Source: Endozoicomonas sp. G2_1 (GTDB lineage Bacteria; Pseudomonadota; Gammaproteobacteria; Enterobacterales; Alteromonadaceae). From it: a stretch of 64,000 nt of DNA. A program made the translations under genes and the position numbers. Positions 1-10,554 of this stretch are shown in pieces. Below the pieces are notes generated by a model. The model made no database searches and was not told where the DNA came from. It was given only the letters and a program-made list of their open reading frames with translations. The stretch is taken from contig NZ_JAGHQT010000003.1 of assembly GCF_017744155.1 (NCBI RefSeq), positions 1 to 64,000 of the forward strand, written 5' to 3'. Position 1 is the stretch's first letter; every line of letters starts with the position of its first letter.

Positions 1-98
1 CTAAAGGGTCGTTGGAGACTACGACGTTGATAGGTCAGGTGTGTAAGGGTTGTGAGGCCTTGAGCTAACTGATACTAATTGCCCGTGAGGCTTAACCA
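1..98 (+). rRNA. rrl: 23S rRNA, 3' terminal fragment (partial, runs off window start)
   Basis: Matches conserved 23S 3' end (…gatactaattgcccgtgaggcttaacc…), followed by 5S and a tRNA as at rrn operon distal ends. Confidence 0.75.
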
Positions 99-212
99 TA
101 CAACACCCAAGTGGTTTTGTGTGCTGACAAACAAATTGCAAAAGCACATCACGTACTCAACGTGATACTTGAATAAGATATATAAGACGTTTTCCAAGAT
201 TGTAACTGTTTA

Positions 213-328
213 TGCTTAGCGACAATAGCGTTGTGGTACCACCTGAATCCATGCCGAACTCAGAAGTGAAACGCAACTGCGCCGATGGTAGTGTGGGAGG
301 TCCCATGTGAGAGTAGGTCATCGCTAAG
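213..328 (+). rRNA. rrf: 5S ribosomal RNA
   Basis: tgcttagcgacaatagcg…ccgaactcagaagtgaaac…gagagtaggtcatcgctaagc is collinear with bacterial 5S consensus. Confidence 0.85.
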
Positions 329-374
329 CTTCTATTCTAAAGCCCAGTGTTATTACTGGGCTTTTCCCTGTTTT

Positions 375-459
375 GGAGGGGTTCCCGAGTGGCCAAAGGG
401 ATCAGACTGTAAATCTGACGGCTCCGCCTTCGGTGGTTCGAATCCACCTCCCTCCACCA
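375..459 (+). tRNA. tRNA-Tyr (anticodon GUA), long variable arm, encoded CCA
   Basis: Cloverleaf readable: GGAGGGG acceptor, anticodon loop gaCTGTAAAtc, long extra arm, T-arm GGTTCGAATCC, 3' CCA. Confidence 0.85.
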
Positions 460-467
460 TCATACTA

Positions 468-494
468 AAAGCCGCCTAATGGGCGGCTTTTTTG
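468..494 (+). terminator. Rho-independent terminator of rRNA operon
   Basis: GCCGCC-taatg-GGCGGC hairpin followed by TTTTTTG. Confidence 0.8.
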
Positions 495-576
495 TATCTA
501 AATCCAAGCAAAAAATCTTTAGCTAATGATCGACTGTTATGTATTATTGAGTCGTATTAGTGTGATGTACCACTAA

Positions 577-2205
577 TCAACTTTCTTCTTGTACTTCGTT
601 GAGGCTTATGTATTTGGTTTTTAGCTTTTGAAAGCGATCAAGAGAATAGTGCTTTGCGGATAGCTGTTCAAATTCGGTGATTAGAGATTTACTTTGAATC
701 AAGTCTTGGGCACGTGCTTGCGCTTGTTCTTGAGCTACAAGAAGCACTTGTAGCAGGTTCATTTTAATTCCATTGTGATCAGGGAACATTGACAATACTT
801 TGTTGAGTTCATCAATTGCTTGCTCATAGCGCTTACTTTGATAGTGAGCCATAGCAACTTTGACTGATTCTTGTGCTTGCGTGACCGCTGAGCTGATTTT
901 GTTACCAGCACATTGATCTATTTGTTCGAGAAGCTTTTTATCTTCTGGGTTATTTTGCGCTAAGGTGGTAAGTAGCTCAGTAGCCGTGTCTTTTCGATCT
1001 AAGTTTATCAGTGATTTAGATATTTCGATGGTACCGTTTGCCGAAAGGTCATGGCGTAGGGTCTCAAGTAACTTTTCGGCTCTACGGGTCGTGTTGTTGG
1101 CAGTAGTGTGCTCTTTAGTCTTTACCTGCAGAGAAGCGGTGAGCAAGTGACCTCGAATGATTAACTCTTCCTGATTGAACTCTTTTGCCATGATATGTAG
1201 TGCCTGATAGGCTTGATTGGCAAGTTTCTTGGCTTCTTGGCTTGGCAGTTTGTTAAACAGTTCTAATAATGAGGTCGCAAACAGTAAAGCGTTTTCAGGT
1301 TTGTGATGAACTGAGTTAAGTGCCAATTCATTAGTTTGTTTAAACGCATCAGTTGCTTTTTCGTAGTTTTCATTTTCTAAACACAGTAAGGCGTAGTTTT
1401 TTAGACGGCCGACTGACCTGGGAGAAACTACCAAGCCTTGTTCTAAGGTTTGTTCTGCTTTCTTTTTTTCACCTTTGAGTTGATATGCTTTTGCTAACCA
1501 GTCGTAGGCTTTAAGGTAACGTGGTGTCTTTTCAATGATACTGTCAAAATGTTCGATTGCCGACTGATAGTTTTCTTGTGCAAGCGCGATTTTTCCAAGA
1601 CCAATAGCAGCCCACTGACAGTTTGGCTTATCCTTATAACCTTGATAAATTTCCTCAGCTTTTTGATACTGCTTAAGCTCAAAATATTGCCTAGAGATAA
1701 TACCTAAACACTCGTTGCGATAATGTGGGTATTTCTCAATAACACTTTGACAAAGTTCAATCGCTTTATCGTGTTGTTCGTTGTCGAGCGCTCTGTAGAC
1801 GTTATTCATTGCCTGTTTTTTGGCAAGCGATCTATCTAGTCTTCGCTTTAAATCTTTTAGAGTAAAGGGTTTGGTTAAGTACTCATCAGGTTTGTGCTCT
1901 AACGCGGCTAATACCATCGCCTGCGATATCTCAGCGGTAATGATGATGACAATAGCTTGTTGCTTAACGAGGTTTTTTACTCGCAACTCTTCAAGCAATT
2001 GCTGACCGTTTTTCTGTTTTTCTCCGAGATCGTAGCCGAGTAAAATCACGTCATAACGAACATCTTGGCAGAAGGACAAGGCATCTCTTACATACGCCGT
2101 TATATCGACCCTGACATCGCCAAGGTTATAGGCAAACTGTTTGAGGCTGTCTCTGGACTGTTTGATAGTGTCGACAATCAGAAATCGGTAATTTGCGTAA
2201 TCCAT
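577..2205 (-). CDS. Response regulator receiver domain protein with C-terminal TPR repeats
   Basis: N-terminal REC-like segment (FLIVDT… D…YDVILLGYDLG… TKPF) followed by multiple TPR-like repeats (AxxYxxKG patterns). Confidence 0.6.
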   Translation of the reverse strand: MDYANYRFLIVDTIKQSRDSLKQFAYNLGDVRVDITAYVRDALSFCQDVRYDVILLGYDLGEKQKNGQQLLEELRVKNLVKQQAIVIIITAEISQAMVLAALEHKPDEYLTKPFTLKDLKRRLDRSLAKKQAMNNVYRALDNEQHDKAIELCQSVIEKYPHYRNECLGIISRQYFELKQYQKAEEIYQGYKDKPNCQWAAIGLGKIALAQENYQSAIEHFDSIIEKTPRYLKAYDWLAKAYQLKGEKKKAEQTLEQGLVVSPRSVGRLKNYALLCLENENYEKATDAFKQTNELALNSVHHKPENALLFATSLLELFNKLPSQEAKKLANQAYQALHIMAKEFNQEELIIRGHLLTASLQVKTKEHTTANNTTRRAEKLLETLRHDLSANGTIEISKSLINLDRKDTATELLTTLAQNNPEDKKLLEQIDQCAGNKISSAVTQAQESVKVAMAHYQSKRYEQAIDELNKVLSMFPDHNGIKMNLLQVLLVAQEQAQARAQDLIQSKSLITEFEQLSAKHYSLDRFQKLKTKYISLNEVQEES

Positions 2206-2457
2206 ACTCGCACTTGATTTGAGAAAATAACAGGCTAGCTTTGTTCTAGCATCGGTTTTAGCTGAGCTATCTTAGCAAGTTTAATGGTGAATAACAGTTT
2301 TAGACGATTAAATAACTGTAAGTTGAACCAGAAACAACTTACATGGTGTGGGTCGATTAAATTACGAAGATTGCGGTAGGCTGCACTTTTGCTCGCGCAC
2401 ATCTATGCGTATAATTACTTGGAATGACAATAAGGTTAAGTGAACAAAGGATCGATA

Positions 2458-4151
2458 TGACTGTACGTAAATACGTAGGAATAAGTGTATTAGCCTCAGT
2501 GCTAAGCGCTTGTGGTGGGGGCTCTTCAAGTCCAACGCCAACACCAACTCCGGCACCAACTCCGGCACCAACTCCGGCACCAACTCCGGCACCAACTCCG
2601 GCACCAACTCCGACACCGAGTACGGTAACCGTGTCTGGCGTCGTTAGTTATGACTTTGTTCCACACAACAGTTCAGTAGGCTTAAACTATAACGCGATTG
2701 AATCTAGAACATCTAAGGGTGTTACTGTTCAATTGCTCGACGCCAATCAAGCGGTTTTGGCAACATCAGAAACCAATGCGCAAGGTCAATATTCATTTGA
2801 TGTAAGTGCAAATACTAACGTTAGAGTGCGTATTGTCGCTGAATTAGCTGGCTTCGGCGAAGGTTGGCAAGCCCGTATTATTGATAATACCAGTAGCGAT
2901 GCGGTTTATGTTATTGATGGTGGGTTAGTCTCTAGCGGCACCAGTAACTCTCAGCGCAATATTCACGCGCCTTCAGGTTGGGGTGGCAGCTCATATACTA
3001 GTGCTCGAGTTGCTGCACCTTTAGCTATGCTTGATACTGTATATTCCGCGATGCAACTTGTCCGCTCTGTCGATGCATCAGCAAGCTTTGCTGAACTGAA
3101 TATTAACTGGAGTATTAATAACCGTCCGGTAGCTGGTAGTGATTTATCTACGGGTAACATTGGCACTTCTTTCTTTAGGCGAAGTAATAATCGAAACGAC
3201 TTATTCATTCTAGGTGCAGAAGGTACTGATACGGATGAATATGATCGCCACGTCATTGCCCATGAGTGGGGTCATTATTTTGAAGCTAATTTTTCTCGCT
3301 CTGATTCTACGGGGGGTCCTCACTCTATAGGTGATGTATTAGATATGAGGCTGGCATTCGGTGAAGGTTGGGGCAATGGCCTTGCGGGTATTATTCACCA
3401 AGATCCCGTCTATCACGATAGCCTGGGTGCTCGTCAAGCAAGCGGTTTTAACTTTGATGTAGATAGAAACAATAATCCAGCGGATAACCCTGGCTGGTAT
3501 AGTGAAGGTTCTGTGCAAGCGATTGTTTATGATCTTTTCGACACTGAAGAAGAAGCTGGTATTGATACTGTTGCACTTGGCTTTGGACCCATTTACCAAG
3601 TCATGACTAACGAGCAGAAAGATACGGAGTTAGTGACGAGTATTTTTAGTTTTGTTAGTGCATTAAAGGCTAATAATCCACAGAGTGCAGATGCTATAGA
3701 TACTTTGGTCTCGGGACAAAATATCGTCAGTAATACCATTGATGCTAGAGGTTCAACAGAGACTAATAATGCCGGTAATGCCAATTTGTTACCTATTTAT
3801 ACTGAAGTGAGTGCTAACGGTAACCCTGTGAATGTTTGTTTGACTGACGCACTAGGCACTAGAAATCGCTCTGGTAATCGACGTTTTCTTACCCTGAATA
3901 TTTCAAGCGCGGGTAATTATCAATTTAGCGCTGTGAGAAGTCCTTCAGGTTCAAATAACAGTGATCCTGATATCTCGATATTACAACAAGGCAATACCAT
4001 TAGAAACTTTGAAGGTACCGCAGCCAATACTGAAGTTGGCAGTGTTAACTTATCTGCGGGCAATTATGTCATTGTCTTGAGTGACTTTAATTTTGTCGGC
4101 AATCGCAGTCCACGCGATAGCGTAAGTTGTTTTAATGTTACTGTGCAATAA
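2458..4151 (+). CDS. Secreted zinc metalloprotease lipoprotein (HExxH) with Pro/Thr/Ala-rich linker; start likely at 2458 (ORF opens at 2424)
   Basis: Signal peptide with lipobox LSAC; (PTPA)n linker; HEWGHY zinc-binding motif; RBS aaagga before ATG at 2458. Confidence 0.6.
2532..2618. repeat. 12-bp tandem repeat (ccaactccggca x ~6, degenerate ends) encoding (PTPA)n linker
   Basis: Direct read of the sequence; perfect units at 2544-2603. Confidence 0.9.
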
Positions 4152-4168
4152 GGAATAAAAGGAAGACA

Positions 4169-4717
4169 ATGATGAAATATAGTATTTTATTCGCCAGTTT
4201 AATGACTATTGGCCTTAGTGCATGTAACCAAGAGCAAACAGAAGCGGTCGTTGAGCAAACAGCGGCAAAAGTGACTCACACAGTTTCTGGTTATACTAAA
4301 CCAAATGCCAGTATTGCTTTTGCATATACTTTACCTGAGCGAATCGAAGCGGGAGATAGCTTTACTGTTGAGTTATCGTTTTCTCCGACTCAAACAGAAG
4401 GCTCACTCAAGGTAGCTATTACTGCTCCTGAACTTGATATCATCTCAGGCACAGGTGCTAAACAATATACCTTAGGTCAATCGAACTATCAGGTACCTGT
4501 AACGCTTCACAGCGCTCAAGATGGTACTTACTACCTCAATGTGTTTACTGAGCTTACTACTAGCGCAGGTTTAACTCGTGGCCAGGTAAATTCAATTGAA
4601 TTGAAAATAGGTGATCAGTTCGCCAATAAAGCCGAAAAGCCGCGTATTGACCAAGATAGTAAAGGTAATAACATCAAGGTGTTAAACGCTGTAGAAGAGA
4701 TTGTTATTGAGCAGTAA
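4169..4717 (+). CDS. Hypothetical lipoprotein
   Basis: Signal peptide plus lipobox LSAC; co-directional, 17 bp after protease gene. Confidence 0.5.
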   Translation: MMKYSILFASLMTIGLSACNQEQTEAVVEQTAAKVTHTVSGYTKPNASIAFAYTLPERIEAGDSFTVELSFSPTQTEGSLKVAITAPELDIISGTGAKQYTLGQSNYQVPVTLHSAQDGTYYLNVFTELTTSAGLTRGQVNSIELKIGDQFANKAEKPRIDQDSKGNNIKVLNAVEEIVIEQ

Positions 4718-4742
4718 TGACGCTTTTAATTGATATCAAAAA

Positions 4743-4766
4743 GTAGGCTTCGGCCTGCTTTTTTTG
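4743..4766 (+). terminator. Rho-independent terminator
   Basis: GTAGGC-ttcg-GCCTGC hairpin followed by T7. Confidence 0.6.
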
Positions 4767-4856
4767 TTTTTACACCTGAAAAACTTAATTTTATTTAAAC
4801 CTTTTTTAACCTTTCTTCTACTTATCTTGTGATTGTTCAAATTTCAGGACCACAAG

Positions 4857-6155
4857 ATGAAGATTTCTGATACCAGTGCTCAGGATGTAGTACTGACTCC
4901 TAAAAATAACGGTAAGCGCCTTTGGTGGCTTGCACTGATAACGATTGTGTTAGTCGGTAGTTGGTTTTTACTTGCGCCGGCACTGAGCAATTGGTCGAGC
5001 TCTGATGCCAGTGTTGCAAGAGACCGCATTAGAGTTGCAACCGTTGCCCAAGGTGATTTTATTCGCGATTTGTCGGTACAGGGACAAGTGGTTGCTGCAG
5101 TTAGCCCAAAACTTTACAGCACCGCCCAAGGCACAATTACTTTTGAAGTAGCTGCCGGTGATACGGTGAGTTCTGGCCAAGTATTGGCGAGTATTGAAAG
5201 CCCTGAGCTCACTAACCAACTCGAGCAAGAACAAGCGAGCTTAGCACGGCAAAAGATAGCCATTGATCGCCAGCGCATTCAAGCCAAGAAGCAAGTGCTT
5301 GAAAACCAAAAGGCGGTTGATTTGGCAAAAGTCGCCTTAACCGCAGCTGATCGAGAAAAGCGCCGTGCCGATAAAGCCTATCAAAGTAAATCTATTAGCC
5401 AGATTGATTTTGAAAAAGCGCAAGACGATTTAGAAAACGCGCAACTGGTTCATCAACACGCGGTAAAAGACGCTGAACTCAACAAAGAAAGCTTAACCTT
5501 TGAAATTCAAACCATGCAGCTTGAACTGGACCGACAGGCATTACTCGTGGCTGAACTAAGCCGCAAAGTAGACGAGTTAGTATTGCGTTCACCCGTCGAT
5601 GGCATTGTCGGTAATTTAGCGGTTGAACAGAAAAATCAAGTGGCTAAAAACCAAGCGATATTGAGTGTCGTTGACTTATCTGAATTTGAATTAGAAGTCG
5701 ATATCCCAGAAAGCTACGCTGATGACCTGACCATCGGCATGTTAGCTGAAGTTACCCTTAATGGTGAAACGCACCTTGCGCAGCTCGTTACTATCTCACC
5801 TGAAATTGAGAACAATCAAGTAACGGGTTTGGTGCGTTTTGCCAGCCACGATCAAAACGGTCAGCCACTGGCCAAGCCTAGTGGTTTACGCCAAAACCAG
5901 CGCCTAACAACACGCATTTTAATGGAAAACAAACAAAACGTCCTTATGGTGCAACGGGGTCAGTTCCTCGAAAGTGGCAGCGGTCGCATAGCTTACGTGG
6001 TTAACAATGGCGTTGCTGAGCGCCGAACCATTACCACAGGCGCGAGAAGTTTATCCAATGTTGAAATTATCGCGGGCTTAAATGCCGGTGACACCATTAT
6101 CGTTTCAGGTACTGACCAATTTAACGGTGCCGAAAAAATACATATAACAAATTAA
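4857..6155 (+). CDS. Periplasmic adaptor / membrane fusion protein (HlyD/MacA family); start likely 4857
   Basis: Single N-terminal TM, long coiled-coil, C-terminal beta-barrel region; agga RBS before ATG 4857; followed by ABC components. Confidence 0.65.
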   Translation: MKISDTSAQDVVLTPKNNGKRLWWLALITIVLVGSWFLLAPALSNWSSSDASVARDRIRVATVAQGDFIRDLSVQGQVVAAVSPKLYSTAQGTITFEVAAGDTVSSGQVLASIESPELTNQLEQEQASLARQKIAIDRQRIQAKKQVLENQKAVDLAKVALTAADREKRRADKAYQSKSISQIDFEKAQDDLENAQLVHQHAVKDAELNKESLTFEIQTMQLELDRQALLVAELSRKVDELVLRSPVDGIVGNLAVEQKNQVAKNQAILSVVDLSEFELEVDIPESYADDLTIGMLAEVTLNGETHLAQLVTISPEIENNQVTGLVRFASHDQNGQPLAKPSGLRQNQRLTTRILMENKQNVLMVQRGQFLESGSGRIAYVVNNGVAERRTITTGARSLSNVEIIAGLNAGDTIIVSGTDQFNGAEKIHITN

Positions 6156-6188
6156 GCCGAGCAACTTGGCACCAACAGGAGAAATAGC

Positions 6189-6890
6189 ATGCTTAAAATG
6201 ATGGATGTAAAAAAGGTTTTTCGCACCGACACCGTTGAAACACATGCCCTACGCGATTTTAACTTAACCGTCGACGAAGGTGACTTTGTCGCCGTCACTG
6301 GCCCATCAGGCTCAGGCAAAACCACTTTTTTAAATATTGCCGGGTTGTTAGAAACCTTTGACGGCGGCCAATATCAACTCGACGGTATGGATGTTAGTCA
6401 TCTCAATGACAAGCAGCGCAGTCAGTTGCGCAACGAGAAAATAGGCTTTATTTTTCAAAGCTTTAATCTTATTCCTGATTTAGATCTGTTCGACAATGTC
6501 GATGTGCCATTACGTTATCGGGGCTTTAGCAGTGCTGAGCGTCGCCGCCGTATTGAACAGAGTTTGGAATTAGTCGGTTTAGCGAACCGAATGAAACATT
6601 TACCTGCCCAGCTTTCGGGTGGTCAGCAACAACGGGTGGCAATTGCCCGGGCACTGGCTGGTGAGCCGAGGTTTCTACTGGCGGATGAGCCAACCGGTAA
6701 TTTAGATTCGAAAATGGCGCAAAGCGTGATGGAGCTATTGCAAGAAATTAATCGCAACGGCACCACTATTGTTATGGTAACCCACGACAGTGAACTCGCC
6801 CAACAAGCAAAACGCAATATTTATGTTCGCGATGGCAAGGTCAGTGAGTTGCACTCGGTTGCCGATTTGGCTGCGGCAGCAAGCGCATAA
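6189..6890 (+). CDS. ABC transporter ATP-binding protein (MacB/LolD-type)
   Basis: Walker A GPSGSGKTT, signature LSGGQQQRVAIARAL, Walker B LLADEPTGNLD. Confidence 0.85.
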   Translation: MLKMMDVKKVFRTDTVETHALRDFNLTVDEGDFVAVTGPSGSGKTTFLNIAGLLETFDGGQYQLDGMDVSHLNDKQRSQLRNEKIGFIFQSFNLIPDLDLFDNVDVPLRYRGFSSAERRRRIEQSLELVGLANRMKHLPAQLSGGQQQRVAIARALAGEPRFLLADEPTGNLDSKMAQSVMELLQEINRNGTTIVMVTHDSELAQQAKRNIYVRDGKVSELHSVADLAAAASA

Positions 6891-6905
6891 GGGAAGGGAA
6901 CGCTT

Positions 6906-8222
6906 ATGTTTGGCTACTATTTAAAACTGGCGCTTAAAAGTATCAAGCGCAACCCAATACTGAGTGCGCTGATGGTTGCTGCCATTGCCTTGGGTATTGG
7001 TTCGAGCATGACCACGATTACTGTTAACTACTTAATGTCGGCTGACCCGATACCAGAAAAGAGTCAGCAACTTTTTTATGTTCAAGTCGACAGCTGGGAC
7101 CCAACGAGCCCTTACAACGACGACAATAATGATCCGCCCAATCAATTGACTTGGACTGAAGCGACCAATTTGATGGCCGCGAAAAAAGCAAAACGACAAA
7201 CTGCTATGGCAAAATCGGGTGCAGTTATTGAGCCATCTAACCCTGATGACAAACCTTTTGAAGCGTCAATTCGGTTAACTTTTGCTGACTTTTTCCCGAT
7301 GTTTAATACCCCATTTTTATACGGTAATGGTTGGGATCAGCAGTCTGATTTAGCTCGCGACTACGTGGTGGTGCTCACGCGGGAAATTAACGACAAAGTT
7401 TTTGGTGGTGAAAACTCTGTTGGTAAAAACATCGTGATCATGGGGCAAAACTTTCGCGTTGTTGGGGTGCTTGATCACTGGCAACCCGTACCTAAGTTCT
7501 ACGATGTTAACAACGGTGCTTTCGACGAAACCGAAGAACTGTTTATGCCATTTTACCTTAAGGAGGAGTTAGAGCTTCCGAATTGGGGTAATACTAACTG
7601 CTGGAAATCGCCAGAGGGTGAAGGTTTTAAGGCATTCTTGCGCTCTGAATGTGTCAACTTTCAAATGTGGGTTGAGCTAGAAAATAGTCAGCAAGAAGCT
7701 GAGTATCTCGACTTTCTCAATAGTTACGTTAGTGAACAAAAGGCGCTTGGTCGCTTTGCGCGGCCAATGAACAACCGCCTATCAGATGTCATGGAATGGA
7801 TGGAAAACCAACAAGTGGTCGCCGATGACGCGCAAATTATGTTGTGGCTATCGTTTATGTTCCTAGCGGTTTGTTTGCTCAATACCATAGGTTTGTTATT
7901 GGCAAAATTCACTGGCAAATCAGCAGAAATAGGTTTGCGTCGGGCACTGGGTGCTACCAAAAGCAACTTATTTATTCAGCACTTAGTTGAAACTGCCGTT
8001 ATCGGTTTGTGCGGTGGTGTTTTGGGCTTAGCGCTAGCACTACTTGGTTTGCAAGGCATAGGTGCACTTTATGGCAGCTTTGTTGAGCACTTAACTCAGT
8101 TAGATTTCACCTTAGTTGTTATCGGCCTTGGTTTGTCGCTGGTTGCCAGTATTGCCGCTGGGCTATACCCAACGTGGCGAGCGTGTAACATTGCACCAGC
8201 TAGTCAGTTAAAGAGCCAATAG
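6906..8222 (+). CDS. ABC transporter permease, FtsX/MacB-type with large periplasmic domain
   Basis: N-terminal TM, large extracytoplasmic domain, C-terminal three TM helices typical of FtsX-like permeases. Confidence 0.7.
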   Translation: MFGYYLKLALKSIKRNPILSALMVAAIALGIGSSMTTITVNYLMSADPIPEKSQQLFYVQVDSWDPTSPYNDDNNDPPNQLTWTEATNLMAAKKAKRQTAMAKSGAVIEPSNPDDKPFEASIRLTFADFFPMFNTPFLYGNGWDQQSDLARDYVVVLTREINDKVFGGENSVGKNIVIMGQNFRVVGVLDHWQPVPKFYDVNNGAFDETEELFMPFYLKEELELPNWGNTNCWKSPEGEGFKAFLRSECVNFQMWVELENSQQEAEYLDFLNSYVSEQKALGRFARPMNNRLSDVMEWMENQQVVADDAQIMLWLSFMFLAVCLLNTIGLLLAKFTGKSAEIGLRRALGATKSNLFIQHLVETAVIGLCGGVLGLALALLGLQGIGALYGSFVEHLTQLDFTLVVIGLGLSLVASIAAGLYPTWRACNIAPASQLKSQ

Positions 8223-8226
8223 GAGA

Positions 8227-9462
8227 ATGAATATGTCAGCTTCAAACTTGGAGATTGGCCCTATTTTTCGCGCGTTGATGCGCAATAAAGTTGGTGCCAT
8301 TTTGATTGCCATTCAAATTGCAATCACCATGACCATTATTGTTAATTCGGTTTTTATTATTGTCGAACGCAGCCAAAAAATGACCCGTGAAAGTGGTATT
8401 GATGAAGCCAATACCTTTCACATCGGCAGCTCAGCCTTTGCCCCTAACTTTAATCATCAAGTGAGTATTGAACAGGACTTGGCGTTGTTGAGAGCCTTGC
8501 CTGGCGTTGTTGATGCCATTCAAATTAATGCGGTACCAATTAGTGGCAGTGGTTGGTCGATGAGCTTGCAAACCCAAGCAGGTGCCGAATATGACGGTAT
8601 TGGTTCGGCGATTTATATGGTTGATGAAAATGGTTTGAATGCCCTCGACCTTGAATTAATCGCCGGTGAAGCTTTTGTTGCCAGTGATATTCGCTGGCGA
8701 CAACGAGGCCAAACCGATTGGCCCGAGCAAGCGATTATCACTAAAGCGTTTGCAGAAAAGTTATTTCCCGATAGCGAGTGGGCCAGTGTGGCCGGCAAAA
8801 CAATTTATATCAATGACAATGAGCCGATGATTATCAAAGGTATTGTCGATAAGCTGCAAGCGCCTTGGGTCGGTTGGGACAATGTCGAACACGCCTTATT
8901 ATCTCCTGAGCGTTTGGCGTTTCCTACGGTACGTTACTTGATTCGCACAGAGCCAGGTATGCGAGATAAATTGATGCCAGAAGTAGAACAGGCGTTAGCA
9001 ACCAGCAACAAAGGTCGTATTGTTCGCGGTTTGCGCACCAGTGCCGAAGATCGCGAGCGCAGCTATCGCGGCGACAGTGCTATGATCAAAATTTTAACCA
9101 CGGTCATGATAATTCTTACCGTGGTTACCGCACTTGGTATTGTTGGTTTGGCGAGCTTTAGCGTTAATCGTCGCAAAAAACAAATTGGTACACGCCGCGC
9201 TCTCGGTGCTAGCCAAGGGGCGATATTGCGCTACTTTATGCTGGAAAATTTTTTAATTAGCTCTGTTGGTGTCGCCTTTGGCGCAGCGTTAACTGTCGGA
9301 CTAAATGTCGTTTTAGTAAATGCCTTTAGCCTCAGTGCAATTGATTGGTTTTATATTCCAATAGGCATGATTACCCTATGGCTAGTTGGTCAGCTCGCCG
9401 TTTATGGCCCAGCTAAGAAAGCGGCCAATATTGCACCCGCGATTGCAACCAGAACGGTATAA
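8227..9462 (+). CDS. ABC transporter permease, FtsX/MacB-type (second paralog)
   Basis: Same architecture as preceding permease; 4-bp spacing suggests operon. Confidence 0.7.
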   Translation: MNMSASNLEIGPIFRALMRNKVGAILIAIQIAITMTIIVNSVFIIVERSQKMTRESGIDEANTFHIGSSAFAPNFNHQVSIEQDLALLRALPGVVDAIQINAVPISGSGWSMSLQTQAGAEYDGIGSAIYMVDENGLNALDLELIAGEAFVASDIRWRQRGQTDWPEQAIITKAFAEKLFPDSEWASVAGKTIYINDNEPMIIKGIVDKLQAPWVGWDNVEHALLSPERLAFPTVRYLIRTEPGMRDKLMPEVEQALATSNKGRIVRGLRTSAEDRERSYRGDSAMIKILTTVMIILTVVTALGIVGLASFSVNRRKKQIGTRRALGASQGAILRYFMLENFLISSVGVAFGAALTVGLNVVLVNAFSLSAIDWFYIPIGMITLWLVGQLAVYGPAKKAANIAPAIATRTV

Positions 9463-9475
9463 TTGACCATTTTGT

Positions 9476-9505
9476 CAGGCACTCGTGACAGATTGCGAGT
9501 GCCTG
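9476..9505 (+). terminator. Perfect 10-bp stem hairpin after exporter operon (weak T-tract)
   Basis: CAGGCACTCG-N10-CGAGTGCCTG. Confidence 0.4.
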
Positions 9506-9575
9506 TAGCCGCAAAAGTTGTATTTCATTGTGAAGTCACCGACAATAGCCACTCACTCCTCTTGCCTAGATTACT

Positions 9576-9971
9576 TTGATGAACCAGCCGTTAACCGCCG
9601 AACAACTGAAAACCATTAGCCAATACAATGTCGAGCAGCGCTATCAGTATTTGTTAAAAGAAGTGGTGAGTCAGCGTCAAGTGTGGATTTTAACTGACGA
9701 GCACGGTTGTGTGATGCTCAATACCGAAGACGAAGATTGTGTGCCAGTATGGCCAAGCCAAGCATTTGCCGAAAGCTGGGCAACAGGTGATTGGCAAGAC
9801 TGCAAACCCGAAGCTATTTCCCTCAACAAGTGGCACAGCCGCTGGACGCAAGGGCTACTCGATGACGAGTTAGCAATTGTTGCTTTTCCCAATGAAGCCG
9901 AAGAAGGTTTAGTAGTATTTCCCGACGAGTTTGACTTTGATTTGAATAAGCAGGCGCGCAAAACTAAGTAA
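9576..9971 (+). CDS. DUF2750-like small protein
   Basis: Family-like N-terminal pattern (LTAEQLKTISQYNVEQRYQYLLKEV… WILTDEHGCVML); recognition from memory. Confidence 0.45.
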   Translation: MMNQPLTAEQLKTISQYNVEQRYQYLLKEVVSQRQVWILTDEHGCVMLNTEDEDCVPVWPSQAFAESWATGDWQDCKPEAISLNKWHSRWTQGLLDDELAIVAFPNEAEEGLVVFPDEFDFDLNKQARKTK

Positions 9972-10177
9972 TGTTCGCTCTATTACTTTAGGTCATTAAG
10001 CCTAGCTCAAATCTATCTCCATTCCTTGTATAACCTATAACCGGTTTGCCCTTGAGTAGAGGGCAAAATACGGTTGCTGAAACAAGCATTTACATTTCGA
10101 TAATCGAAAAAATTTGTCACTAGTGTGTTGGTGATGTATAACACCATTGTTAGCCTGACTTTTTAGGAGTTTAATTA

Positions 10178-10552
10178 ATGGCACAGCAATGGCAATCCGA
10201 TACGCCAATATACTTGCAGCTATATCAACAAGTGGTGTCTCGGATCCTCGATGGCAATATTCAAGAGGGTGAAGCACTGCCCTCAGTACGCAAAGTTGCG
10301 GCTGAATATCAGCTTAACCCACTGACGATTTCAAAGGCGTATCAAATGCTACAAGAAGAGCAAATTGTTGAAAAACAGCGCGGCAAGGGCTTGTTTGTTA
10401 AGGCGGGTGTGCAAGGTCTAATTTTGGCACGAGAGCGCCAGCTATTTCTCGAACAACAATGGCCGAGTATCATCGAAAAAATTGAGCGCTTGCAGCTTTC
10501 ACCTGAGCAATTGCTGTTGAGTACCCGCGAAAAAGGTACTGAGGAGAAGTAA
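10178..10552 (+). CDS. GntR-family transcriptional regulator, YtrA-like (short effector domain)
   Basis: HTH: LPSVRKVAAEYQLNPLTISKAYQMLQEEQIVEKQRGKGLFV; followed by ABC ATPase plus permease as in ytrA-type operons. Confidence 0.8.
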   Translation: MAQQWQSDTPIYLQLYQQVVSRILDGNIQEGEALPSVRKVAAEYQLNPLTISKAYQMLQEEQIVEKQRGKGLFVKAGVQGLILARERQLFLEQQWPSIIEKIERLQLSPEQLLLSTREKGTEEK

Positions 10553-10554
10553 TC

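Noticed and set aside
2362-2616. 84-aa minus-strand ORF beginning MSELVPELVPELVPELVP
   Set aside because: It is the reverse-complement reading of the 12-bp (PTPA)n tandem repeat inside the metalloprotease gene; a repeat artefact, not a gene.
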